From an uncultured archaeon (GTDB lineage Archaea > Asgardarchaeota > Thorarchaeia > Thorarchaeales > Thorarchaeaceae), in assembly GCA_964473825.1 (NCBI GenBank), contig CAYYQL010000006.1:47367-111366 (forward strand): a DNA stretch of 64,000 nucleotides, in the 5' to 3' direction. Position 1 is the first letter of the stretch; every line of letters begins with the position of its first letter. The translations under genes and the position numbers were made by a program. Shown here piece after piece: positions 39,684 to 47,529 of this stretch. Under the pieces are notes generated by a model. It was not told where the DNA came from. It saw only the letters and a program-made list of their open reading frames with translations, and did no database searches.

Positions 39684-41795
39684 ATGGCGGCTGCTACGAA
39701 CCCTAGAATCGCGGTAAAGATACCGATTGCATGGGAGAGCATGTCGTCTTCTTCTCAGCAACACTTGGAACAGATAGTGGGTAGGGACTCCCGAGCAATC
39801 AAGAGGCTCCTGGGCATCATTGAACACAATGAGGATGATCTACTCTGTGGTAAGAGAAGGAACAAGGTGAGCCTGGGGCAACTCAACAGAATCACCATGA
39901 CTGCGACGAGGGGAAAGGCCAACCGGACCAAGGTCCCGCATGACCTGAAGGTTGACTTCCCGCGGGCCTGTGCCAGCGACCTCGCTGAGTGCGTCAAGAC
40001 AGCTGTCAGTCTGTACAACAGCTACCTTGCCCTCAGGCAGAAGAGGGGGTGGAGAGCGTCCCGACCCTGTAAGTCGAACTCCTCAGGACGTATCCCTCGA
40101 TGGATGTTTCATCCCAAGTCCTTCCGATTGGTTCAGCATGAGAACACGACTGCGCGGTGGTGGATGTCCCTGAGGGACTCGATGGACTCGAACCTTGAGG
40201 ACAGGTTGCGCCATGACAGGCTCATGATTCCCCTGAAGATGTCCCCCTTCCATGAGAACCAGCTCCAGCGCGGCGAGGTCAAGGCTGCACAGGTCTTCAC
40301 TGACCGGCTGGGAAAGTGGTGGGTCACGATATCCGTTCGTCTGGCTGAGACTCCAGAGGTCAGCGACGAGAACCCACCTGCTGTGCTAGGAATAGACCTG
40401 GGGATTGAGAAGGCTGTCTGTACCACTCTTGTCACCCCTGAGAAGGTGCGCGAAACGCGCTACTTCACACAGCAGAAGAAGGTCCGTCTTCTGAAGCAGT
40501 ATGATGACAGAGTCGCAAGTCTGCAGAGCGAGATGGACCTGAAAAAGGCTCGCGGCCAACGCTATGATGGTGTTGCAGAGAGACTGCGCTCTCTCAGAAC
40601 CAAGAGAGAGTCCGTGTCCAAGGAACACGATCGCGTCCTGCTCCGGGAACTGATCGACTACATCCTGGAGCTGAGTGAGAGGTATACACTCTTTGTCGCG
40701 ATTGGCAGGCTCAAGAACATCCGAAATAGTGCCAAACGCGGTGACTGGAAGGGCCGAAGGTTCAGGGGCATGGTCCATTCATGGGCCTTCGCTCGGATAA
40801 CCGAGGGACTTCGACGACAGCTCGGTCAGCTGGGTTGGCCTGTTCTGGGTAAGAAGTCGCGGGTCCACGCAGTCCCTGAGGCATGGACATCCATCATCTG
40901 TTGGAAGTGCGGGCAGAGAGGAACCAGACCCAGACAGAACCTCTTTGTCTGCTCCTGTGGAAACAAGTGCAATGCCGACAAGAACGGAGCCATCAACATC
41001 GCCGGACGCCTCATTACGCTCACAGAGTCACTCAATTCTGTGAGAGGACTAGGGAAGTGGGCTAGTGCAGCCTCTGCACGACGCACGCAACTGAAAGCCC
41101 GGAGGAAGACATCTTCCAAGGGGAGGTCCTCACTCTCAGGGCGCGATGCCTCATCTCATCGCGGAGAGTCCGCGGCTGTTCACTACGCTCAACCGAGCCT
41201 CCTCGACTTCGGTGACGAGGCTGAGGTGAGTGATGACGGTCCAGCCGTGGGAAGAAACGTGGAAAGACTCTCTACCGCTGGAACAGATGAACCAGCAGAA
41301 AAGGTAGGAGAAGGAAGCCAAGACAGGAAGAGAAGTGCCACTTCTATGATGCCTGACAAAGACTCCATCCCTCCCCGTCGCCAGACAGGGAATGGTGGCA
41401 ACACCGGGTGGAGAAAGGGTGGAACACGTAAGTCAACTAGAGAAGCCCACTCACTCATCAAGGGAGCCGCAACACCACTTCGAATGAATAGGAGAAGAGA
41501 AGCATGGATGGTGCGGCCACCGGGAATCGAACCCGGGCCCCATGCTTGGAAGGCATGGATCCTGACCACTAGACTATGGCCGCTTCACAGAGAGCTGACA
41601 GCCCATAGTCGATTTAAGGCTATTGCAGTGGCGCCGCGAGTTGACAGTCCGGGGAGTGGAAGGTGGATCCTTGCCTTGGAGGTCCGACACTCTTTCAGAC
41701 CATGCATCTGGCTGAAGGTCATACGAAGACCAGTTCATCATGTCGAGCAGAACAACAGATATCTGGAGGAGAAGCAGACAAGAGGAGCGCGCTGA
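39684..41795 (+). CDS. tnpB: TnpB/Cas12f-like RuvC protein, copy 2; homology to copy 1 ends near 41300 and the tail to 41795 follows a 1-nt insertion
   Basis: VLGIDLG, VAIGRL, VPEAWTSIICWKCG..CSCG, NADKNGAINI; collinear with copy 1. Confidence 0.82.
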   Translation: MAAATNPRIAVKIPIAWESMSSSSQQHLEQIVGRDSRAIKRLLGIIEHNEDDLLCGKRRNKVSLGQLNRITMTATRGKANRTKVPHDLKVDFPRACASDLAECVKTAVSLYNSYLALRQKRGWRASRPCKSNSSGRIPRWMFHPKSFRLVQHENTTARWWMSLRDSMDSNLEDRLRHDRLMIPLKMSPFHENQLQRGEVKAAQVFTDRLGKWWVTISVRLAETPEVSDENPPAVLGIDLGIEKAVCTTLVTPEKVRETRYFTQQKKVRLLKQYDDRVASLQSEMDLKKARGQRYDGVAERLRSLRTKRESVSKEHDRVLLRELIDYILELSERYTLFVAIGRLKNIRNSAKRGDWKGRRFRGMVHSWAFARITEGLRRQLGQLGWPVLGKKSRVHAVPEAWTSIICWKCGQRGTRPRQNLFVCSCGNKCNADKNGAINIAGRLITLTESLNSVRGLGKWASAASARRTQLKARRKTSSKGRSSLSGRDASSHRGESAAVHYAQPSLLDFGDEAEVSDDGPAVGRNVERLSTAGTDEPAEKVGEGSQDRKRSATSMMPDKDSIPPRRQTGNGGNTGWRKGGTRKSTREAHSLIKGAATPLRMNRRREAWMVRPPGIEPGPHAWKAWILTTRLWPLHRELTAHSRFKAIAVAPRVDSPGSGRWILALEVRHSFRPCIWLKVIRRPVHHVEQNNRYLEEKQTRGAR
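41190..41453 (+). ncRNA. Putative omegaRNA/reRNA scaffold of TnpB copy 2 (5' boundary approximate)
   Basis: Stems CTACC/GGTAG, AGAAGT/ACTTCT, CTCCATC/GGTGGAG and GGTG-GCAA-CACC match copy 1 positions with compensatory changes. Confidence 0.65.
41509..41583 (-). tRNA. tRNA-Gly(TCC), intronless
   Basis: GCGGCCATAGTCTAGTGGTCAGGATCCATGCCTTCCAAGCATGGGGCCCGGGTTCGATTCCCGGTGGCCGCACCA. Confidence 0.96.
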
Positions 41796-41999
41796 GTACA
41801 GCCGCAGGTACCGAACCACGAGATGATGGAGATGGGACGAGTATTCGAGTTTGACGAGGTGACAGATGCCGACTTGATTGTTGATGAATCTGGTCTTTCC
41901 CAAGTGGCAGAAAAGCGCCACTAGGAAGATTGAATATCTGGAACGGGATAGAGGGAGAGTAAGAACCGGTTTGGTAGAGGAGACAGCGGAGAGCTGAAC

Positions 42000-42525
42000 A
42001 TGGTCAACATAGATGTCCCTTATGTGCCTCAGAAGGGGAGCACAGACTGCGTAATTGCGTGTACCATGATGTTCCTGCGGTGGGGAAAAGACACATATGA
42101 TGACTTTGTGGAGTTCAAATAGGGAGAGCTCGAAACAATCATAGGAGTTGGAAAGGACGGGTCACGCCTATGTGACGTGCAGAAGCTGAACCGTGAAAAG
42201 CGGATAACAAAGCACCGCTGGAAGCCTCGGTTCTACTGCGGCCCGCCGACTTCCATACAATTCCTATGGGATGAACTACAGGATGGACGACCATTGATAG
42301 CATTCCTACTGGTCGAGAAGCCAGACGGAGTGGATGAAGCATGCAGTCGTTCTCACAGGTCGCTCCAAAGACAGAACGCAGGTCACATACTTGGACCCAC
42401 TGAATGAGAGTCCTGTGACAGAGACCACTGGCGGCTTCCTAGAGAAGTGGGAGAGCCTCTACAGATACTGTGTACATCTTGATATCACCGAGGAATATGT
42501 ATTGACTGACTTCATGGAGGAGTAA
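42000..42525 (+). pseudogene. C39-like cysteine peptidase pseudogene
   Basis: MVNIDVPYVPQ..DCVIAC, GRPLIA, HAVVLTG, YLDP; in-frame TAG at 42120 and a frameshift near 42333. Confidence 0.75.
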
Positions 42526-42530
42526 CGAAG

Positions 42531-43472
42531 ATGAGTATAGAACGTACTGTGGATGACTATGTCATTCGAAACTATGGACATCTCGTCCTGAACACACCTC
42601 CAGAGTTTAACGAAGATTCGGGCCTGTGGATATCCAAGCTTCACTCGGACTACCCTATTCTTATCCAAGACGACCGAGAGAAGAAGAGACGAATTCAGTT
42701 CCTGAAGGTCAATGTTCTTGGTTACGTCACATTCACAGAGAAGCTACAGCTGGTGCCAGAGAAGACCACCACCGAAGAGGACCTTCAAGGGAAGTTGACA
42801 ACTTTTCTGGATATGTGGAGGTCATATGCAGAGAGAGTTGTGATATCGGCTACAGCTGATCGTGTTGCGGAGCTATGGGAAGTGTCCAGCGCATTGAATC
42901 CAATCTACGAGATTGTGAACTTCGTCTGGGACAATGAGTATGTGACCCTTGACTGCTTCGAGGGAGATAGGTCAAGAAGCAAACGCAAGGTGAAGCACTA
43001 TCTTTCATTGTTGGAAGATTTGAACCTCCTTCGGAAATATGAGGGTCGATATGTTGCTGGGAATCTCTTCGTGACTCTGAGAGCGCAGACGGGTCACTTC
43101 CAGGACTTCTTGACCAGTGTATATTCGGAGGTGTTACGTAAAAGATATCCGTATCTGAAACAGGTGGTGGGGCATAGCAGTCTTGAAACCGTCATTCATA
43201 TCGGGAACGTGGTATACTACCCTGAACTCTACGCTCGAGAAGCAGTTCCTCGAAACAAGAGTACACTTGTCGATGAATACGCGCTAGAGTATGGATCCCG
43301 TATTTCAGCCCCGAGATTGAGTGGCTATCTTCGTAAGTTGAGAGAGATTGAAGTGATTGAAGAAGAGAACGGACTGTACTCTGGTACGGATTCACTACGA
43401 GAGAAGATGTTTTCTATCCAGAAAGAGATGCAGTCACCGGATCAGGTCTGGGACATCCCCTGTCCCGTGTAA
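42531..43472 (+). CDS. Hypothetical protein (possible winged-helix modules)
   Basis: 313-aa ORF with GGAG RBS; YLSLLEDLNLL and YLRKLREIEVI wHTH-like ends. Confidence 0.7.
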   Translation: MSIERTVDDYVIRNYGHLVLNTPPEFNEDSGLWISKLHSDYPILIQDDREKKRRIQFLKVNVLGYVTFTEKLQLVPEKTTTEEDLQGKLTTFLDMWRSYAERVVISATADRVAELWEVSSALNPIYEIVNFVWDNEYVTLDCFEGDRSRSKRKVKHYLSLLEDLNLLRKYEGRYVAGNLFVTLRAQTGHFQDFLTSVYSEVLRKRYPYLKQVVGHSSLETVIHIGNVVYYPELYAREAVPRNKSTLVDEYALEYGSRISAPRLSGYLRKLREIEVIEEENGLYSGTDSLREKMFSIQKEMQSPDQVWDIPCPV

Positions 43473-43613
43473 AGAAAGAATACGATTCTAGTACTGCAAA
43501 CAACTTCGTCTATAGTCCTTTGTATTCCTCGTTGAGGATTGATTCTCTGTACCCCTCGGACAACGATATCCTTTTTGGGTTGTACGGTAAACATCCAACT
43601 GGTGTGACGAAAC

Positions 43614-44315
43614 ATGCGTGGGGAGTCCCATCTTACGGTATCTGTGCTAGTTGTGTTGCCAACCTGGATGGCCCTGTACAGGCTGTTGCAGGTGGATTTC
43701 GTATTTCTTGTCTATATCTTGGGAGGAGTCATGCTTGGCAGTCTGCTACCTGACGTCGATGCATCCGATGCAAAGATCATGCACGGCTCGTGGAGAGTCA
43801 TCGGCCTGTTCGGGAAGTATGCCTTCTACAGGCCCATGAGCTACCTTCTCCAGATGAAGAGCGACGACTTCCGTGACACCCACAGGGGCTATCTGCACTC
43901 GCTGATCGGTTGCCTTCTCGCCACGGTCTATTTCGCTGTTCCGGTTGGGGTCTTGTTCGTGCTGTTCTATCTCGTATGGGCAGTACCTCTAAATCAGTCC
44001 ATGTATCTCTGGTTCGCGTGGCTGGGAGTCCCTGTTGGGTTTCTCCTCCATCTTGTGGAGGACAGCTTCACCAAGTCCGGCGTTAGATGGTTCTTTCCGA
44101 GGGGAAGGGCGTACTCGAGCTCGACCAGTACGGGAAAGGCCTCCGAGCGGAATCTTGTGTCCGCTTTCTTCCTGACCTTCGGCATGCTTACCGTCTGGGC
44201 ATACATACAGACGGGCTCATCAATCAATGTCCTTATCGCAGCAACGCTGTCACTGATTCTGTTGGGGGTTGTTCGTTTCTTGAATCCAGTTATCAGCAAG
44301 CTGAGTGATGGGTAA
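43614..44315 (+). CDS. YdjM-like membrane metal-dependent hydrolase
   Basis: GSLLPDVD, HRGYLHSL, HLVEDSFT.SGV. Confidence 0.88.
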   Translation: MRGESHLTVSVLVVLPTWMALYRLLQVDFVFLVYILGGVMLGSLLPDVDASDAKIMHGSWRVIGLFGKYAFYRPMSYLLQMKSDDFRDTHRGYLHSLIGCLLATVYFAVPVGVLFVLFYLVWAVPLNQSMYLWFAWLGVPVGFLLHLVEDSFTKSGVRWFFPRGRAYSSSTSTGKASERNLVSAFFLTFGMLTVWAYIQTGSSINVLIAATLSLILLGVVRFLNPVISKLSDG

Positions 44316-44378
44316 AGAGATGTGAGTGTGAGAACGAATGGGCTCATCAGCAGATCCCTGCCTCAATCAAGAACAGAC

Positions 44379-44744
44379 TCATTCCTCGGCAGCCACAGGA
44401 CGCTCCCCAGCGTGCGAGCGCGAGAGCCGGTATCCCCATCGAGCCGACAGGTAGGCTGTCACAAGAACGAACGGGAATATGGTGGGATACAGCAGCGTGA
44501 TCGGGGAGATGCCGAGCGCAGCGTAGACTCCTACCAAGATCAAAGTCCATGTCACGACTGCTAAGAACTGGACAGGCCGCTGAGGGAGCCTTACAGACAG
44601 CTTACCCATGGAAAAACCAATGATGAGTGCCGCCATCCCTCCAACAAGCAGAGACATCGCCAACACCATACCCCCGACAAATGTCGAAATCACCAACACA
44701 TACACGCCAGTCATGGTCACCATTCTTCGCCCTTGTTCATGCAC
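44379..44744 (-). CDS. Small hypothetical membrane protein
   Basis: Hydrophobic 121-aa ORF. Confidence 0.5.
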   Translation of the reverse strand: MHEQGRRMVTMTGVYVLVISTFVGGMVLAMSLLVGGMAALIIGFSMGKLSVRLPQRPVQFLAVVTWTLILVGVYAALGISPITLLYPTIFPFVLVTAYLSARWGYRLSRSHAGERPVAAEE

Positions 44745-44853
44745 TCCATTTCATGAGGATATAGGTGTGATGTGAGAACACTCGACTAAAGAAGAACCGA
44801 GTCTAGAAATGCTGTTTAGAGTCTGGGTATGTCTGTGGAAGAGGTTACGTTAC

Positions 44854-44871
44854 TTGGAACACGTGTTCTAA
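44854..44871. promoter_or_regulatory. 18-bp palindromic site (copy 2 of 3)
   Basis: TTGGAACACGTGTTCTAA in a divergent intergenic region. Confidence 0.65.
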
Positions 44872-44980
44872 TATCATACAACACATAGGCCAACCCATAA
44901 AAGTATACAAAACTATTGTTAATACTGGCCTGTGGTGAGCCTCTAGGAGGCCTCACAGGGACCCAAATACGAAGTAGATA

Positions 44981-45706
44981 ATGATGAGTAAGACCGAAGC
45001 TAGGGTACGAATGGAACCGACAACAGACAGTCCCGAGAAGGTCAGGGTTCTGATGACCGAGTTTGTGACCCATGACGTGAAGAGATTCGTTGTAGAGAAA
45101 CCATCCAATTACCAGTATATTCCGGGACAGGCAAACCTTGTTGCGTTAGACGAAGAGGAGTGGCGCGATGAGCTTAGACCGTTTACGTTCACGTCTCTGA
45201 ACGAGGACCTCGTGCTTGAGTTCACTGTCAAAGGATATCCGGAGCATGAAGGAGTAACAGATAGACTACATCACTTGCAGGCTGGAGATGAAATAATACT
45301 ACATGAGCCTTTTGGGACCATCGTCTATCAGGGCCAGGGGTACTTCTTGGCCGCCGGGGCCGGCATCACCCCCTTCATCGCAATCATCCGTCATCTCAAG
45401 AACCATGAGAGAATAGAGGGAAACACCCTCATGTTTTCTAACAAGAGGGCGAAGGATGTAATCCTGGAGAAAGAGTTCCGGGAGACCTTCGGAGATCACT
45501 TCATCCCCACGCTTACGGAGGAAAAGAGGCACAGATACGAACACGGCCGGATAGACAAGGATTTCCTCTCCAAGAGAGTGGACACTGACAAGTACTTCTA
45601 TATCTGTGGGCCAGATGCCTTCGTGAAAGATCTGGTATCTGTCCTGAAAGACATGGGCGTCGAGGAGGACCGGATTGTTGTCGAGCGCCTCATATTCATG
45701 CATTAG
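44981..45706 (+). CDS. FNR-like FAD/NAD(P)-binding oxidoreductase
   Basis: PGQ, RPFTFTS, AAGAGITPF, YICGP. Confidence 0.92.
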   Translation: MMSKTEARVRMEPTTDSPEKVRVLMTEFVTHDVKRFVVEKPSNYQYIPGQANLVALDEEEWRDELRPFTFTSLNEDLVLEFTVKGYPEHEGVTDRLHHLQAGDEIILHEPFGTIVYQGQGYFLAAGAGITPFIAIIRHLKNHERIEGNTLMFSNKRAKDVILEKEFRETFGDHFIPTLTEEKRHRYEHGRIDKDFLSKRVDTDKYFYICGPDAFVKDLVSVLKDMGVEEDRIVVERLIFMH

Positions 45707-45882
45707 AGAGATAGGACCCGTAGTTCTGCGCTGTAGATCGCAGTGGCAATCAGGCGAGCAATGACAGGAGCCCAATCAGAGCCAACTGGATATACGCGAG
45801 AGCGAGTACGGTATATGATGCACAAGAGCATGCATCACTCTTCCGACAGAGATATCACTACCTGCTGGTTGAGCCGTCTGCC

Positions 45883-46827
45883 ATGAGATATCCCATTGTC
45901 ACTGATGAGCAGATAGACGAACTCATAGAGATCGAGGACGTCATACCGAGGATTGAGGAGGCCATGCGGGAACATGCCAATGGCACCCTCACTGCGCCCC
46001 CAAGACTGGTTGTTGATGCAGGAGCAGGCTCGCTTGTATTCACAGCCGGAGCCCTGACGGGACAGGAACCAGTAGCAGGTTTTCGGGTCTACGAGACGTT
46101 CCCAAAGGAAGAACCAGGCCATACACAGCTGGTCGTCAGCTATGATGGAGAGACTGGTGTCATGCAGGGGATCATCGTCGGATTCAGAGTGGGTGTGATC
46201 CGTACAGGAGCCATTGGTGGAGTCGCAGTCAAGCACCTTGCAAGGGATGATGCAAGCACGGTGGCAATGATAGGCTCGGGAACGCAGGCGCGGTCACAAC
46301 TCATAGCGGTGAATGCTGTGAAAGACTTGGAGCAGGTCCGTGTCTATAGCCCCACTAAGAGCCACCGAGAGGCCTTCTCCGAGGAGATGTCAAAAGCGCT
46401 CAACTTGGAAGTGATGGCCGTCGAATCTCCGAGAGATGCCATTGAGGACACTGACATAGTGATCTCCGCGACACGAAGCAAGACCCCGGTCTATGATGCT
46501 GAACTACTGAAACCGGGAATGCATGTGACAACGCTAGGGCCGAATCTTGTGGGCACGAATGAGATAGAGATGGGAGTTGCAGACAGAAGCGACGTGATCG
46601 TCACAGATTCACTTGCACAACTGGACAGCTACGGCGAGTATACGACGCCTTACTTCCTATCGGAGACTAGACATAGAGAACGAATTCACGAGTTGAGAGA
46701 TGTTATTGTCGGAAAACGGGCTGGACGAGGGTCTGAAGATGATATCACCCTGTTCTGTTCCGTTGGACTGGCTGGCACTGAGGTAGTTGTGGCAAATGAG
46801 GTATTCAAGCGCTTAGCCGGCCGGTAG
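45883..46827 (+). CDS. Ornithine cyclodeaminase/mu-crystallin family protein
   Basis: RTGAIGGVA...LAR, IGSGTQA, DITLFCSVGLA. Confidence 0.9.
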   Translation: MRYPIVTDEQIDELIEIEDVIPRIEEAMREHANGTLTAPPRLVVDAGAGSLVFTAGALTGQEPVAGFRVYETFPKEEPGHTQLVVSYDGETGVMQGIIVGFRVGVIRTGAIGGVAVKHLARDDASTVAMIGSGTQARSQLIAVNAVKDLEQVRVYSPTKSHREAFSEEMSKALNLEVMAVESPRDAIEDTDIVISATRSKTPVYDAELLKPGMHVTTLGPNLVGTNEIEMGVADRSDVIVTDSLAQLDSYGEYTTPYFLSETRHRERIHELRDVIVGKRAGRGSEDDITLFCSVGLAGTEVVVANEVFKRLAGR

Positions 46828-47220
46828 TCCGTTAGTCGATTCCTCCATCACTTCAAACCTGACATCAAGACCTGATGCCTTCCACCAGATCTCCCGGATG
46901 TACTGGACATGGCCTCGTGTGACCCTGTCAGTCTTGAACTTGTTATCGCTGACGCAGTCGTATTCGCGGTTCAGGCACCGGACGCACCATCGACAATCAG
47001 ACTTCACGACTACTCTCTCAGTGGGAGTAAGCGTTCTTGCATAGTCTAGTGCTCGAAGAATGGCCATCAGACTCATCTGACGAGAAGTTGTCCCACTTGA
47101 TGCTCCTTCTTCATAGTGGAAGAGTAATGGTTGCTCCTTCGAGTCACCTTCGTAGACCTGATAGGACCACTTGCCCTCTCCTCTGATGCAGGAGCCCCAG
47201 GTGTAGACTATGATAGACAT
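46813..47220 (-). CDS. RNase HI-fold protein with substituted catalytic residues
   Basis: IVYTWGSC, TTSRQMSLMAILRAL, VKSDCRWCV, VRFEV align to RNase HI motifs. Confidence 0.65.
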   Translation of the reverse strand: MSIIVYTWGSCIRGEGKWSYQVYEGDSKEQPLLFHYEEGASSGTTSRQMSLMAILRALDYARTLTPTERVVVKSDCRWCVRCLNREYDCVSDNKFKTDRVTRGHVQYIREIWWKASGLDVRFEVMEESTNGLPAG

Positions 47221-47288
47221 CGATATGGACGAACCTCCGTTTATGCCACTATACAGAAGCGGAGGGGTTTTTGACAGTTGCCAAAATC

Positions 47289-47441
47289 CTGGACAAACCT
47301 GGACATCATTCTGAAGGTGTTTATATATGACTGATAGGTATGCTAGAGTGAGGGTGTCCAGACACTTCCCCGGTCCCTGACAAGGCCATTCCCAGTGCCG
47401 TTGTCTGGGAGGACAAAGCTTTGGTGTCCAGATTTGTCCAG
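47289..47441. repeat. 153-bp element bounded by 20-bp inverted repeats, five CTGGACA heptamers
   Basis: CTGGACAAACCTGGACATCA (47289-47308) versus TGGTGTCCAGATTTGTCCAG (47422-47441), 18/20 complementary. Confidence 0.75.
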
Positions 47442-47529
47442 CTTACAATGAACGGCCAATAAGCCAATCGGAATGGCATCCCGGGCCTACCTCAACAACC
47501 CCACTCAGGACCAATGCATCTATACTGGT

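Noticed and set aside
39460-39717. 85-aa ORF between the two TnpB genes
   Set aside because: It overlaps the covarying RNA scaffold; its similarity to copy 2 is explained by nucleotide-level structure.
37534-41600. CRISPR array or type V CRISPR-Cas call for the RuvC proteins
   Set aside because: No regularly spaced direct repeats and no cas1/cas2/cas4 genes seen by eye; a TnpB-like omegaRNA explains the locus better.
42120-42122. In-frame TAG as pyrrolysine
   Set aside because: The same gene also has a frameshift and no pyl genes are in the window; pseudogene is simpler.
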